This document shows, piece after piece, positions 39,397 through 50,955 of a stretch of DNA of 64,000 nucleotides. Origin of the DNA: Vulcanimicrobiales bacterium (lineage in GTDB: Bacteria > Vulcanimicrobiota > Vulcanimicrobiia > Vulcanimicrobiales > Vulcanimicrobiaceae); the NCBI GenBank assembly GCA_038231455.1, contig JBBRLI010000012.1, forward strand, positions 1 to 64,000. Direction: 5' to 3'. Each line of letters opens with the position of its first letter. Position 1 is the stretch's first letter. The translations under genes were made by a program, and so were the position numbers. Under the pieces are notes generated by a model. The model had not been told where the DNA came from, ran no database searches, and saw nothing but the letters and a program-made list of their open reading frames with translations.

Positions 39397-40388
39397 TAGT
39401 TCGCACTGCCCTGTGCGAGTGGCGGCTCGCTCGTCAGGGCAGTCGGGGTCGGACGGCCGATGCGGCCGCGCAATTTCGCCAGCCCACCGACGATGCCGCT
39501 CGGGAAAAATATCACGAGCAGGACGAGCATCGGTCCGAAGATCAAGAATTTGAAACTCTCGATGCCCTGCAAAAATTGTCCGAGGACCACCAGCACGAGC
39601 GTGCCCACAAGCGGCCCCCACAGGGTGCCGACACCACCGACGATGAGGTAGAGCAGCATGTCGAAGGTCACGTCGAGACCCGTCGAGTCAGGCCCCAGGA
39701 ACCCGATGAAAATCGCGTACATCCCGCCGGCAAGCCCCGCCAAAAACGTCGAAAGCATGAAGGCCGCGCTCTTCGCACGCATCACATCGATGCCAACGGC
39801 GCGCGCGAGATCTTCGTTGCCGGCGATGGCAATGAGCGAGCGGCCAAAGAGCGAGCCGCGTACGCGCGCGCAGATCGCGAAAGCGAGGATCAGCGCGACG
39901 AGCACGAGATAGTATTTCGCGATCGAACTCTCAAATGAGATCGGACCGATTGGCGCAGGCGGCGGAATGTTGAGCACGCCGATATTCCCGCCGGTGAGTT
40001 CTTGCCAGTTTGTGAAGATCACGCTGATCATCACGCCGATGGCCGCCGTGAAGATCGCAAAGTAATGCCCGCGCGTGCGCAGTGAGACCAGACCCACCAG
40101 ATATCCGAGGATGACCGCCGCCGCACAACCCGCCGCAAGCGCGACCCAAAACGGTACGCCCAGGCGCGTCTCGAGCAGCGCGACGCCGTATGCGCCAATC
40201 CCAAAAAACGCCGCGTGACCAAGCGTAAGCAGGCCGGTGTACCCAAGGATGATGTTCAGGCCGTAGACCGCGATCGCACTGATATACGCGGTCACGATCA
40301 CTTGCCGATAATATTCGCTATGGACGAACAGCGGCAGCACGAGAGCGACGAGTAATGCGGCAAGCGGAACGATGCGGCGGGCGCCCAA
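39396..40388 (-). CDS. livM: ABC permease (LivM-like)
   Basis: GYTGLLTLGHAAFFGIGAY, GHYFAI, IVGGVG; TTG start just after livH stop. Confidence 0.88.
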   Translation of the reverse strand: MGARRIVPLAALLVALVLPLFVHSEYYRQVIVTAYISAIAVYGLNIILGYTGLLTLGHAAFFGIGAYGVALLETRLGVPFWVALAAGCAAAVILGYLVGLVSLRTRGHYFAIFTAAIGVMISVIFTNWQELTGGNIGVLNIPPPAPIGPISFESSIAKYYLVLVALILAFAICARVRGSLFGRSLIAIAGNEDLARAVGIDVMRAKSAAFMLSTFLAGLAGGMYAIFIGFLGPDSTGLDVTFDMLLYLIVGGVGTLWGPLVGTLVLVVLGQFLQGIESFKFLIFGPMLVLLVIFFPSGIVGGLAKLRGRIGRPTPTALTSEPPLAQGSAN

Positions 40389-40389
40389 G

Positions 40390-41250
40390 CTAGGTGCCCT
40401 TCGCAAAGAGGCCGGTCGGTCGAACCGTAAGGATGACGACGAGCAGTCCGAATGCGATGACGTCCTGGTAGCTTGTCGAGATATACGTCGCGCCGAAACT
40501 CTCGGCGAAGGCCAGAATAAACGCCCCGAGGATCGCTCCGGGAATGCTGCCCATCCCCCCGAGCACGATGATCGCAAACGCTTTGAGGATCACCGTCGAC
40601 CCCATCGAGGGGAAGATCAAGTTGATCGAAGCGATCAGCGTCGCGGCAGTGGCCGCGAGCCCCGCGGAGATCGCGAAGACCAGACTTTGCACGCGATCTG
40701 CGTTAATTCCAACGAGCGCCGCGCCGCGTCGATTCTGCGCGACGGCCTCGATCGTCGCACCTACGAGCGTGCGCTTGAGAAACCAAAAGAGCGCAACCAT
40801 CACCACGGCTGCAGCGAAAACGACGATGAGCTGCTGTTGCGTGATGATGAGCCCGGCGATCTTTACGACGTGGTCGTAAGGCGTGGGCAGAACGCGAAAA
40901 CCGGGACCGAAGAAGACGCGCGCGATCGCTTCGAAGAAAAACAACACGCCGACCGCCGCGATGATCGCGTTGACCTCGGGCGCTTTTTGTAATGGGCGGA
41001 AAACCAAGCGTTCGAGCAACACGCCGACGAGCGCGAGCACAACGATTGCGAGCAGCATCGCCGGCCAGTAGCCGATGTTCGCGACCGTAACGCCAAAAAA
41101 GGCGACATACGCACCGAGCATATAGAGATGGCCGTGCGCGAAGTTCGGGATACCCATCGTTCCGTAAACGAGCGCCAGTCCAAGCGCTACGAGCGCATAG
41201 ATACTGCCGACGACAAGGCCGTTCAACAGCTCTTGAAAAAAAAGATGCAT
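40390..41250 (-). CDS. livH: ABC permease (LivH-like)
   Basis: NGLVVGSIYALVALGL, NFAHG, LGGMGSIPG, RPTGLF. Confidence 0.9.
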   Translation of the reverse strand: MHLFFQELLNGLVVGSIYALVALGLALVYGTMGIPNFAHGHLYMLGAYVAFFGVTVANIGYWPAMLLAIVVLALVGVLLERLVFRPLQKAPEVNAIIAAVGVLFFFEAIARVFFGPGFRVLPTPYDHVVKIAGLIITQQQLIVVFAAAVVMVALFWFLKRTLVGATIEAVAQNRRGAALVGINADRVQSLVFAISAGLAATAATLIASINLIFPSMGSTVILKAFAIIVLGGMGSIPGAILGAFILAFAESFGATYISTSYQDVIAFGLLVVILTVRPTGLFAKGT

Positions 41251-41325
41251 GCACGCTCCAGCTCGGTAGAGATTTTTTCCGTTCTGGTGGAGCCTCCCTT
41301 TTCAAGTCCCGAGAGCTGGAAGTAC

Positions 41326-43425
41326 ATGGCGTCCCTTGCCCGCCTGACCAAACACGGCAACGTCGCCGTCATCGCCATCATGAATCCGCCGGTCAACGCG
41401 CTCGGCGCAGCATCAATTGCTGCGCTCTTGCCCGAACTCTCGGATGCCGAAAACGACCCGGGCGTCAGCGCGGTCGTGTTAACCGGATCGAACGGGACGT
41501 TCAGCGGCGGCGCCGACATCAAGGGCTTTGCATCGCCGCTCCTCGCAAGCCCGAGTGTACGCGACGCGATCGACCGGATCGAGGCGATGACGAAGCCCGT
41601 CGTCGCCGCCATCGACGGCGTGGCACTCGGCGGCGGTCTCGAACTTGCGCTCGGCTGCGACTACCGCGTTGCAACGCCGCAAGCGAGGCTCGGCGTTCCC
41701 GAAATCAAGCTCGGCCTGCTCCCCGGTGCCGGCGGCACGCAGCGCCTCCCGCGGCTCGTCGGTGTGGAAGCCGCGCTCGAGCTGATCATCAGCGGCGAAC
41801 CGATTTCGGCCGAACGCGCGCTTGCCATCGGTCTCATCGACCGCATCGCCTCAGATGAGGTCATCGACAACGCCGTCGCCTTTGCCGAGACACTCGCGGG
41901 CGTGCCGCGCCGGATCGGCAACTTGCTCGCGGTCAAAGGTGACCGGCCGGCGATCAACGCCGCGCGGCGGCGAGTCGAGCCCGAAGAGCGCGGGGGCCTC
42001 GCCTCGCATCGCGCGATCGACGCGGTGCAAGGGGCGCTCGACTATTCCTTTGCCGAGGGCCTCAAAATCGAGCGACGTCTGTTCGAAGAACTGCGCGCAT
42101 CCGAGCAATCCAAAGCGCGCATCCACTTGTTTTTTGCCGAACGCGAAGCAGCAAAACCCGTCACCGACGAATCGTTCGCGCCGATTCGAACGGCTGTCGT
42201 CCTGGGCGCGGGGACGATGGGAACCGGGATCGCAATGGCACTTGCAAACGGGGGCATCACGACGACGCTCACGGATTTGCAACCGGACGCGATCGAACGC
42301 GCGCGTTCCACGATCGCCGGCAACTACGCTGCAACCGCGCGTAAAGGGAAACTCACCGAGGAACAGATGGCCGAGCGGCTCGCGCGTATCACGTACGCGA
42401 CGAGTTTCGATGCCGCAGCGAACGTCGACCTCGTGATCGAGGCGGTCTTCGAGGAGATGGAGATCAAGCGCGATGTGTTCCGCAAAATCGATGCGATCGC
42501 GCGACCCGGCACGATGCTCGCCACCAACACCTCAACGCTCGACGTCGACGCGATTGCGGCTGCGACGAACCGCCCGCAGGACGTGGTGGGCCTGCACTTC
42601 TTCAGCCCCGCAAACGTGATGAAATTGCTCGAGATCGTGCGCGGCAAAGACACGGCGCCGCGCACCGTCGCACGCGCGCAAGCGCTCGCAAAGCAACTCA
42701 AGAAAATCGGCGTCGTCTCCGGGAACGGTGACGGCTTCATTGGGAATCGCATGCTCGCGCACTACAAGCGCGAGGCTGACTTTCTGCTCGAAGAAGGCGC
42801 GACACCGCAGCAGGTCGATCGCGTGATCAAAGCATTTGGCTTTCCGATGGGACCGTTCACGATGTTCGATCTTGCCGGCATCGATATAAGCTGGCGCATT
42901 CGCAAACGCCGCAACGCCGAACGACCGCCGACGGGTCGCTATTCCAAACTCGAGGATGAGATGTGCGAGATCGGACGCTTCGGACAGAAGACCGGCATGG
43001 GCTTCTATCGCTACGAAGACGGCAATCGCACGCCGATCCCCGACCCTCTCGTACTCGACCTCATCGAAAAGAACGCGCACGAAGCCGGCATTGAACGGCG
43101 CACGATCGAGGATCTGGAAATCCGCAAACGCTGCATTTATCCGCTCATCAACGAAGCAGCGAACATTCTGAGCGACGGCATCGCTACGCGTCCGGGCGAC
43201 GTGGACGTCGTCTGGGTGAACGGCTATGGCTTCCCCGCGTTCCGCGGCGGACCGCTGCGCTACGCCGATTCCGTCGGCCTGCGCGATATCTATGAAGACA
43301 TGCTGGCGTTCGAACGGATTCACGGCGCATACTGGAATCCAGCTCCGCTGCTCGCGCATCTCGCGAAGAGCGGCGGCACTTTTGGATCCTGGACGGGAGA
43401 CCTGGCTTGGGCGACGACGCAGTAA
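41326..43425 (+). CDS. Enoyl-CoA hydratase/3-hydroxyacyl-CoA dehydrogenase (PimF/FadB-like)
   Basis: [36 protein letters not shown]. Confidence 0.93.
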   Translation: MASLARLTKHGNVAVIAIMNPPVNALGAASIAALLPELSDAENDPGVSAVVLTGSNGTFSGGADIKGFASPLLASPSVRDAIDRIEAMTKPVVAAIDGVALGGGLELALGCDYRVATPQARLGVPEIKLGLLPGAGGTQRLPRLVGVEAALELIISGEPISAERALAIGLIDRIASDEVIDNAVAFAETLAGVPRRIGNLLAVKGDRPAINAARRRVEPEERGGLASHRAIDAVQGALDYSFAEGLKIERRLFEELRASEQSKARIHLFFAEREAAKPVTDESFAPIRTAVVLGAGTMGTGIAMALANGGITTTLTDLQPDAIERARSTIAGNYAATARKGKLTEEQMAERLARITYATSFDAAANVDLVIEAVFEEMEIKRDVFRKIDAIARPGTMLATNTSTLDVDAIAAATNRPQDVVGLHFFSPANVMKLLEIVRGKDTAPRTVARAQALAKQLKKIGVVSGNGDGFIGNRMLAHYKREADFLLEEGATPQQVDRVIKAFGFPMGPFTMFDLAGIDISWRIRKRRNAERPPTGRYSKLEDEMCEIGRFGQKTGMGFYRYEDGNRTPIPDPLVLDLIEKNAHEAGIERRTIEDLEIRKRCIYPLINEAANILSDGIATRPGDVDVVWVNGYGFPAFRGGPLRYADSVGLRDIYEDMLAFERIHGAYWNPAPLLAHLAKSGGTFGSWTGDLAWATTQ

Positions 43426-44591
43426 TCGTATCGACGGCACGCACGCCGATCGGCAAAGCATTTCGCGGTGCGTACAACGATACGCATGGTGGAACGCTCG
43501 CGGGGCACGTCGTCAAGCACGCGGTCGTGCGCAGCGGTATCGATCCGCACGAAATCGAGGATGTGATTCTCGGCTGCGGCTATCCCGAAGGTGCGACCGG
43601 TCGCAACATCGCACGCGTCGCGGCGATTCGCGCGGGGCTGCCGGTGAATGTGGCAGGCACCACGGTCAACCGTTTCTGCAGTTCGGGTCTCCAAACGATC
43701 AGCATGGCTGCGCAACGCGTCATCGTCGACGGCACGGGGCCAATCGTAGCCGGAGGCGTTGAGTCGATCAGCCTCGTGCAAAACAACCGCAACACCTATC
43801 GCGATACGGAGCCGTGGGTCGCGGAATTCAAACCCGACCTCTACTGGCCGATGATCGACACCGCCGAGACAGTGGCGAAACGGTATAACGTGTCGCGCGA
43901 CGCGCAAGACGCATTCTCGCTTATAAGCCAACAGCGCATCGCAGCGGCGCAAGCGGCGGGGCGATTCGATGCCGAGATCGTACCGCTCGCCACGCGCAAG
44001 GCAATCGTCGACAAAAATACCGGCGCGACGACCTACGAAGACGTCCGGCTCGAACGCGACGAAGGCAATCGACCGCAGACGACGCTTGCAGACCTTGCGA
44101 AACTCGAGCCGGTCCGCGGCCCGGGCAATTTCATCACGGCCGGTAATGCAAGCCAACTCTCCGATGGCGCCTCGGCGTGCGTCGTGATGTCGGCAAAAGA
44201 AGCGCAGCGCCGCAACATCGAACCCCTTGGAATCTATCGCGGCCTCGTCGTGGTCGGACTGCAACCGGATGAAATGGGGATCGGGCCGGTCGACGCCGTG
44301 CCGCTCTTGCTCAAACGCCACGGTCTGCGCGTCGCCGACATCGACTTATGGGAACTCAACGAGGCCTTCGCCGTGCAAGCACTCTACTGCCGCGAAAAGC
44401 TGGATATCGATCCCGACAAGTTCAACGTCAACGGCGGTGCGATTGCGATCGGCCATCCGTACGGCATGAGCGGTGCGCGACTCGTCGGCCATGCGCTCAT
44501 CGAGGGCAAACGCCGTAAGGCACGCTACGTCGTTGTGACCATGTGCGTCGGCGGCGGCCAAGGTGCGGCGGGGCTCTTCGAGATCGCATGA
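43407..44591 (+). CDS. Acetyl-CoA acyltransferase (thiolase, PimB-like)
   Basis: [28 protein letters not shown]. Confidence 0.95.
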   Translation: MGDDAVIVSTARTPIGKAFRGAYNDTHGGTLAGHVVKHAVVRSGIDPHEIEDVILGCGYPEGATGRNIARVAAIRAGLPVNVAGTTVNRFCSSGLQTISMAAQRVIVDGTGPIVAGGVESISLVQNNRNTYRDTEPWVAEFKPDLYWPMIDTAETVAKRYNVSRDAQDAFSLISQQRIAAAQAAGRFDAEIVPLATRKAIVDKNTGATTYEDVRLERDEGNRPQTTLADLAKLEPVRGPGNFITAGNASQLSDGASACVVMSAKEAQRRNIEPLGIYRGLVVVGLQPDEMGIGPVDAVPLLLKRHGLRVADIDLWELNEAFAVQALYCREKLDIDPDKFNVNGGAIAIGHPYGMSGARLVGHALIEGKRRKARYVVVTMCVGGGQGAAGLFEIA

Positions 44592-45652
44592 CGGGCGCCG
44601 ATCCCGAACTCATCGCGGTTCGTCCCGACGAACGGCTCGCCGTCGAACTCCTCGAACCGTATCTACGCGAACGTCTTCCGCAGACCGATGGGCCGTTCGC
44701 GTTCGGGCAATTCGGCGGCGGCCATGCGAACCTCACCTACCTGATCCGATTCGGCGAGACCGAGTACGTGCTACGCCGTCCACCGCTCGGACCCGTCGCG
44801 CCGAGCGCCCACGACATGAAGCGCGAGCACCACGTGCTCTCCGTGCTCTACGAGCGATTTCCACTTGCGCCGCGCAGCTTTCTCCTATGCACCGATTCCG
44901 CAATCATCGGCGCCGAATTCCAAGTCATGGAGCGACGGAACGGCATTGTCATCCGCCGCGCGATGCCGGCGCGCTTCAACGATCCCGCAACCTGCCGCCG
45001 CATCGGCGAGATGCTCGTCGATCGATTGGCGGAATTTCACGCGATCGGACCGGCCGACGTCGGACTCGGCGATTGGGGCAAACCGGAGGGGTTTATCGCG
45101 CGCCAATGCGAGGGCTGGATCAAACGTTGGCACGCCGCGAAGGATCGCGACTACGAGTACGCAGGGCCTTTCATTGCCTGGTTGCGCGACAATGTCCCGA
45201 GCGGCGGCGACGTGTCGCTCGTCCACAACGACTACAAACTCGATAACGTCCTCGTCGCGGCACACGATCCGGCGTGCATGGTCGCAATCCTCGATTGGGA
45301 TATGTGCACGCGCGGCGATCCGCTCGTCGACCTTGGCTACCTTCTCGATTATTGGACGCAGTCAGACGACGATCCGAGCTGGTCATCGACAGCGGCGATG
45401 CCCACGCGCGAACCGGGATTTCCCACCCGTGCCGAGGCCGCGCAGCGGTACGCGACGATTACCGGTCGGGACATCAGCGAACTGCACTGGTACGTGATGC
45501 TCAATCTGTTCCGCACGATCGTCATCCTCGCGCAAATTTACCTCCGCTACCTCAGCGGACAAACACAGGATACGCGCTTTGCGAATTTCGGCGAGCGCAT
45601 CAAGGGCCTCTTTGAAAAAGCGCGCGCGATGGTGCCGCGGGGGACGATTTAA
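44588..45652 (+). CDS. APH-like phosphotransferase (ACAD10/11-type)
   Basis: [35 protein letters not shown]. Confidence 0.9.
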   Translation: MTGADPELIAVRPDERLAVELLEPYLRERLPQTDGPFAFGQFGGGHANLTYLIRFGETEYVLRRPPLGPVAPSAHDMKREHHVLSVLYERFPLAPRSFLLCTDSAIIGAEFQVMERRNGIVIRRAMPARFNDPATCRRIGEMLVDRLAEFHAIGPADVGLGDWGKPEGFIARQCEGWIKRWHAAKDRDYEYAGPFIAWLRDNVPSGGDVSLVHNDYKLDNVLVAAHDPACMVAILDWDMCTRGDPLVDLGYLLDYWTQSDDDPSWSSTAAMPTREPGFPTRAEAAQRYATITGRDISELHWYVMLNLFRTIVILAQIYLRYLSGQTQDTRFANFGERIKGLFEKARAMVPRGTI

Positions 45653-46413
45653 TCGACATCACCGATCGTCACGCCGCCGTCGACGACGAGCACTTGACCC
45701 GTTACGAACGCGCCGGCGCGGGAGGCAAGAAAAATCGCCGCGCCCGCCACGTCGTCGGGTTCGCCGATCCGTCCGAGCGGGTAGCTGCGCACGGCTTTTT
45801 CGTACGTCGCCGGGTTCTCCCAGAGTGCCTTGGCAAAATCCGTTCGGATGATCCCGGGAGCGATCGCATTGATGCGGATGTTGCTCTTGCCCCATTCCAC
45901 GGCGAGATTCCGAACGAGCTGAAAATCGGCGGCTTTCGAAATTCCATACGCACCGAGCATCGCGTTGCCTTTGAGTCCGGCGATGCTCGAGACGACGATC
46001 ACGCTCCCGTCTTTGCGCGCGGCCATTTGTGGGATCACCATGTTGCACAGCCAGAGATTGCTGCGCACGTTGCTCGCCATGATCTTATCGAATGCCTCAT
46101 CGGTAATCGTAGCAAGCGGACCGAAGTGCGGGTTGACCGCTGCATTACACACGAGCGTATCGATACGGCCCCACTCGGCGAGCGTGCGGTCGACCAGCGC
46201 CTGCAGCGCCGCTTTGTCCGCGATGTTCGCCGCTTGCGCGATCGCCGCGCCGCCGTTTGCAACGATCTTCTGCGCCGCAGCCGCGCAGGCGTCGGCTTTT
46301 CGACTAGAAATGACAACGTTCGCGCCGCTCTCCGCCATGCGCTCGGCAATCGCCAGCCCGATACCGCGCGACGACCCGGTAATCAGCGCGACCTTCCCCT
46401 GCATCGAAAACAT
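45649..46413 (-). CDS. SDR family oxidoreductase
   Basis: TGSSRGIG, CNAA, YGISK, NAIAPG. Confidence 0.93.
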   Translation of the reverse strand: MFSMQGKVALITGSSRGIGLAIAERMAESGANVVISSRKADACAAAAQKIVANGGAAIAQAANIADKAALQALVDRTLAEWGRIDTLVCNAAVNPHFGPLATITDEAFDKIMASNVRSNLWLCNMVIPQMAARKDGSVIVVSSIAGLKGNAMLGAYGISKAADFQLVRNLAVEWGKSNIRINAIAPGIIRTDFAKALWENPATYEKAVRSYPLGRIGEPDDVAGAAIFLASRAGAFVTGQVLVVDGGVTIGDVD

Positions 46414-46445
46414 GTGCAACCCTCCCGTTCGAACGAAGGTGCTCG

Positions 46446-47561
46446 ATGGACTTAGCCTTTACCCCCGAGGAACGCGCGTTCCGCGATGACGTCCGACACT
46501 TTATCGCCGCGAAGTTGCCGGGTGACGTACGCGCAAAAGTGCAAGCCGGTGAATCGCTGGAAAAAGATGACTTCGCGCGCTGGCACACCGTGCTCTACGC
46601 GCACGGCTGGGCCGCGCCGAATTGGCCGATCCCATATGGCGGCCCGGGCTGGACTGCCGTGCAGCGCCACATTTTCAGTGAGGAACTCGCGTACGGTTGG
46701 GCACCGCGTCTGCCGCCCTTTGGCCTGGTGATGGTGGCGCCCATCATCATGGAATTCGGCAACGACGCACAGCGCGAGCGCTATCTCCCAACAATTCTCT
46801 CCGGTGAGGAGTGGTGGTGCCAAGGCTACTCGGAACCCGGCGCGGGCTCGGATCTTGCTGCGCTCGACACGCGCGCCGAACGGGACGGCGATCACTACAT
46901 CGTCAATGGCACGAAGACGTGGATCACGTTCGCTCAATATGCAGACTGGATTTTCGTTCTCGTTCGCACGAATCCGCAGGCAAAAAAACAAGAGGGCATC
47001 TCGTTCATCCTGGTCGACATGAAGACGCCCGGCGTGACCGTACGCCCGATCGTCACGATCGACGGCGGCAAAGAGATCAACGAGGTCATCTTTGAAAACG
47101 CGCGCGTCCCGATCGAGAATCGCGTTGGTGACGAGGGGGCGGGGTGGACGTACGCCAAGTTTTTACTCGAACACGAACGTACGGGTACGGCCGGCGTCGC
47201 GCGCTGCCGCCAGCAACTCGTCCAACTCAAAGAGCGCCTTGCATCGGATGGCATCAGCGACGATCGCTTTCTCGACCGCATGGCGCTCGTCGAGATCGAA
47301 CTCGACGCGCTTGCATACACGGAACTGCGCACGCTCGCCGCGGAATCCGCCGGGAAACGGCCCGGGCCCGAATCGTCAATTTTGAAAATTAAAGGCACGC
47401 AGATCCAACAGGCGCTCACGGAACTCGCGCTCGATGCAGCCGGGCCGTATGCGGACCAACTCGCGGCGAACGCCTACTTCAACTATCGAAAAACCTCGAT
47501 CTATGCCGGATCGAACGAGATTCAAAAAACAATCATTGCCAAACGTATTCTCAAGCTCTAA
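46446..47561 (+). CDS. Acyl-CoA dehydrogenase, large subunit (PimC-like)
   Basis: WCQGYSEPGAGSDLA, SIYAGSNEIQ. Confidence 0.92.
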   Translation: MDLAFTPEERAFRDDVRHFIAAKLPGDVRAKVQAGESLEKDDFARWHTVLYAHGWAAPNWPIPYGGPGWTAVQRHIFSEELAYGWAPRLPPFGLVMVAPIIMEFGNDAQRERYLPTILSGEEWWCQGYSEPGAGSDLAALDTRAERDGDHYIVNGTKTWITFAQYADWIFVLVRTNPQAKKQEGISFILVDMKTPGVTVRPIVTIDGGKEINEVIFENARVPIENRVGDEGAGWTYAKFLLEHERTGTAGVARCRQQLVQLKERLASDGISDDRFLDRMALVEIELDALAYTELRTLAAESAGKRPGPESSILKIKGTQIQQALTELALDAAGPYADQLAANAYFNYRKTSIYAGSNEIQKTIIAKRILKL

Positions 47562-47572
47562 GGGACGGCAAG

Positions 47573-48664
47573 ATGGACTTCACACTCTCCGCCGAGCAAC
47601 TCATGATCAAAGATTCCGTCACGCGCTTTGCCGCCGAACCGCCGAAAGGCGACCCGTGGTCGACGTTTGCGGAACTCGGCTGGCTCGCGCTCGGCGCACC
47701 CGAGGACCTCGGCGGATTTGGCGGTCCGCTTGAAACGATGATCTTGATGGAGGCATTCGGCAAAGGGCTGGTCACGGCGCCGTATCTCGCGCAAGTCGTG
47801 CTTGCCGGTTCGATCTTGCGACTTGCGGCACGAACGGATTTACTCGAAGCACTCGTCGACGGGAACGCGCGTTTTGCCGTCGCGTACGAAGAGCCGCACG
47901 CGCGGCATGATCCCTCGCGCGTTGCGACGATTGCCATGCGCCAGGGTGACGGTTACGCACTGGGTGGCAGCAAAGTGCGTGTCCTCGGCGCGAGCAGTGC
48001 ATCAACGTTGATCGTCTCTGCGCGCCTGGACACGCACGACGGTGAGATCGGGCTCTTTGCCGTACCCCTCGACGCGCCGGGCGTCGAAATCCACGGACTT
48101 GCAAGCGAAGACGGCCACGACGTTGCCGCGATCCAATTGGACAATGTCCGTATTTCTTCGAACGGGCTGATCGCGCTTGCCGGTCTTGCGATCGTTGAAC
48201 ACGCGCTCGACATCGCGACGGCGGCGCTGTGTGCCGAAGCCGTCGGTATCATGACCGTTCTGCACGACGTCACGCTCGACTACTTAAAAAATCGCACGCA
48301 ATTCGGCGTTGCGATCGGTTCGTTCCAAGCGCTCCAGCATCGGATGGCGGAAATGTTTACCGAACTCGAACTCGCACGCTCGATGTCCTTCGTCGCGGCA
48401 ATGACGGTCGCGGGTGAGGCGGATCCACGCGAGCGTGCGCGCGCGATCTCCGGCGCAAAAGTGCAAATCGCGCGCTCCGGCCGGTTTGTCGGCCAAAACG
48501 CGATCCAACTTCACGGCGCGATTGGGATGACCGAGGAGTATAAAATCGGACACTACTTCAAGCGGATGACCACCCTGGAACGACTCCTAGGCGACAGCGA
48601 CTACCATCTCGGCCGCTACATCGCAAGCCAGCGTGTTCCCAGGCGGACACCGGTAAACGCGTAG
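47573..48664 (+). CDS. Acyl-CoA dehydrogenase, small subunit (PimD-like)
   Basis: RTQFGVAIGSFQALQHR, IQLHGAIGMTEE. Confidence 0.92.
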   Translation: MDFTLSAEQLMIKDSVTRFAAEPPKGDPWSTFAELGWLALGAPEDLGGFGGPLETMILMEAFGKGLVTAPYLAQVVLAGSILRLAARTDLLEALVDGNARFAVAYEEPHARHDPSRVATIAMRQGDGYALGGSKVRVLGASSASTLIVSARLDTHDGEIGLFAVPLDAPGVEIHGLASEDGHDVAAIQLDNVRISSNGLIALAGLAIVEHALDIATAALCAEAVGIMTVLHDVTLDYLKNRTQFGVAIGSFQALQHRMAEMFTELELARSMSFVAAMTVAGEADPRERARAISGAKVQIARSGRFVGQNAIQLHGAIGMTEEYKIGHYFKRMTTLERLLGDSDYHLGRYIASQRVPRRTPVNA

Positions 48665-48703
48665 CGTTGTTAGACGCTCGACCGCGCCGGGTACGACACG
48701 GTC

Positions 48704-48820
48704 ATGGGATTTCTGTTCGGTTTCGTACGCACGATCATGACGGTCTTTGCGATCGCCATCGCTATCCTGGTCGTCGTGGACGGCTCGCTACTCGCGAACC
48801 TGCTGCGCAAACGCGAGTAG
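48704..48820 (+). CDS. Small single-pass membrane protein (38 aa)
   Basis: MGFLFGFVRTIMTVFAIAIAILVVVDGSLLANLLRKRE; fills intergenic gap; below ORF-track cutoff. Confidence 0.55.
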   Translation: MGFLFGFVRTIMTVFAIAIAILVVVDGSLLANLLRKRE

Positions 48821-48857
48821 CAAGGGTTCGCGCGCACGAGCGCGCATGGTATCCGGA

Positions 48858-49958
48858 ATGAAACCGCAGGTGGTCATCGCTGATGACCTCACCGGCGCGT
48901 GCGATACCGGGGCCGCATTTGCAACCGCTGGAACCCGCGTTCACGTCTTCGGCGAATTTGACGATCCAGAGATCGGTAAAACCGGCGCCGATATTATCGT
49001 CGTCGACTGCGATACGCGCCATCGCAGCGAGCACGAGGCGTTCGAGCGTGCCGCGGCCGTTTTAGCGCGCGTCCGGCCCGACCGACCCGAAGAACTCTTC
49101 ATCAAAATCGACTCGACGTTACGCGGCCCAATTGCGGGCGTGGTGCGCGCAGCGCTCGAAGCATTTCCCGACGCCAGCGCCGTCGCCGCGCCGGCGTTTC
49201 CGCATCAACGTCGCACCACGCGCGCGGGTCTCCAGCTCGTCGACGGCGTGCCCGTGCATGTTGGCGCGGTATTCGACGCGCGCGCACCGATCCGCAGCTC
49301 CGATATCGCACTGGTCATCGGCAAACCCGATCGGGTGCGCGTGTGTGACGCCGAAACCGACGCCGATCTCGATGCGATCGCACGGCAAACGAACTTCATT
49401 TGGATCGGATCGGCCGGAATCGCCGCAGCACTCGCACGCAAGCGCGGGACCGTGCCGACCCTTCCGCCATCGACGCACGGCGTCGTCATCGTCGCCGGGA
49501 CCACGAATATCGTGACGCACGAACAGCTCGCCGAAGTTGAAGCGGGTGGCTTCGTCGTCGAGCGCGTCGTGCCGGGCGATTTGCTAATCGAAAACGAGCG
49601 CTTACGCGGACTCCGTCGGCGGCTGGAAACCGTCGCCTCGAGCGGTGCATCATTCGCGCTCGCGCTCGATCCGGGCGGACGCGTCGTCGACCACGCTTCA
49701 GTGCTCTCGGCACTATGCGGGTTTCTCACGAGCCTTCCATACGATCCGCGCGTCACGCTGCTGGCGACGGGCGGCGAGACGGCGCGCGCGCTCTGCCGCG
49801 CGCTCGGTATTCACGTCCTGCAGCCGATCGGCGAGGTCGCGACCGGAGTTCCACTCTCGCTTGCGCTCGGACGCGATGCGCGTCTTATCACGAAGGCCGG
49901 AGGATTCGGCGATCCGGGTACCCTTGCCAGGATCGCCGCCGAACGCGCCCGCACCTAA
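48858..49958 (+). CDS. Four-carbon acid sugar kinase family (DUF1537, DtnK/OtnK-like)
   Basis: IADDLTGACD, KIDSTLRG, TGGETA, TKAGGFG. Confidence 0.92.
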   Translation: MKPQVVIADDLTGACDTGAAFATAGTRVHVFGEFDDPEIGKTGADIIVVDCDTRHRSEHEAFERAAAVLARVRPDRPEELFIKIDSTLRGPIAGVVRAALEAFPDASAVAAPAFPHQRRTTRAGLQLVDGVPVHVGAVFDARAPIRSSDIALVIGKPDRVRVCDAETDADLDAIARQTNFIWIGSAGIAAALARKRGTVPTLPPSTHGVVIVAGTTNIVTHEQLAEVEAGGFVVERVVPGDLLIENERLRGLRRRLETVASSGASFALALDPGGRVVDHASVLSALCGFLTSLPYDPRVTLLATGGETARALCRALGIHVLQPIGEVATGVPLSLALGRDARLITKAGGFGDPGTLARIAAERART

Positions 49959-49960
49959 GC

Positions 49961-50953
49961 GTGATGCGACCGCGAATCGGGCTGACCATGGGCGATGCGA
50001 GCGGCGTCGGGCCCGAGATCATTGCGAAAACCCTCGCGCATGACGACGTGTACGATCGCGTGCGGCCGATCGTGATCGGTGATGCGCGACGGATGCGCCA
50101 GGCGATGGACATCGTCGGTTCTCCCCAGCGCGTGCGTGCGGTCATCGACGCATCGTCGGTCGAGACCGATCCGCAGTTTCTCGATTGCCTGAGCGTTGGA
50201 ACGCTCCCCGGCGACCTCCCGTTCGGCAAACTTTCCGCGGCTGCGGGACACGCAGCATACGCGTACATCGAAGCCGCGCACGATCTTGCGATGCAACACA
50301 AGATCGACGCCGTGGTAACGGCGCCGCTCAACAAAGAAGCCTTACACGCGGGCGGACATCTCTTTCCCGGCCATACCGAGATCTTTGCGCACCTGAGCGG
50401 AACGAGCGACTTTGCGATGATGCTGACGGCGCCGGATCTGCGCGTCATCCACGTAACGACGCACGTCGGGTTGATCGACGCAGTCGCTCGCATCACTCCG
50501 GCGCGCGTCGAACGTGTCGTGCGTCTTGCCGACGAAACGCTGCGCCGCGCGGGGATCGCGCGACCGCGTATCGCCGTGTGCGGCATCAATCCGCACGCCG
50601 GTGAGAACGGGCTCTTCGGACACGGCGAGGAGGCCGAGAAAATCGTCCCCGCCCTCGAACGCGCGCGCGCAGACGGAATCGATGTCCAGGGTCCGCTCCC
50701 TGCCGACACGCTCTTCTTCCGCGCGCGTCGCGGCGACTTCGACATCGTCGTTGCGATGTATCACGATCAAGGCCACGGGCCGATCAAAGTGCTCGGACTC
50801 GAGGCGGGGGTCAATATTACCGTCGGACTGCCGTACGTCCGGACGAGCGTCGACCACGGAACCGCCTTCGACATCGCCGGAACCGGCGCCGCCGACGAAC
50901 GCTCGCTCATCGCAGCGATCGACGCGGCGATCGATCTTGCTCCGAAGGCGTAG
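49961..50953 (+). CDS. pdxA: PdxA-family dehydrogenase (likely PdxA2, threonate 4-phosphate dehydrogenase)
   Basis: MGDASGVGPE, TAPLNK, GHTE, NPHAGE, MYHDQG, RTSVDHGTAFDIAG; adjacent to DUF1537 kinase. Confidence 0.92.
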   Translation: MMRPRIGLTMGDASGVGPEIIAKTLAHDDVYDRVRPIVIGDARRMRQAMDIVGSPQRVRAVIDASSVETDPQFLDCLSVGTLPGDLPFGKLSAAAGHAAYAYIEAAHDLAMQHKIDAVVTAPLNKEALHAGGHLFPGHTEIFAHLSGTSDFAMMLTAPDLRVIHVTTHVGLIDAVARITPARVERVVRLADETLRRAGIARPRIAVCGINPHAGENGLFGHGEEAEKIVPALERARADGIDVQGPLPADTLFFRARRGDFDIVVAMYHDQGHGPIKVLGLEAGVNITVGLPYVRTSVDHGTAFDIAGTGAADERSLIAAIDAAIDLAPKA

Positions 50954-50955
50954 CG

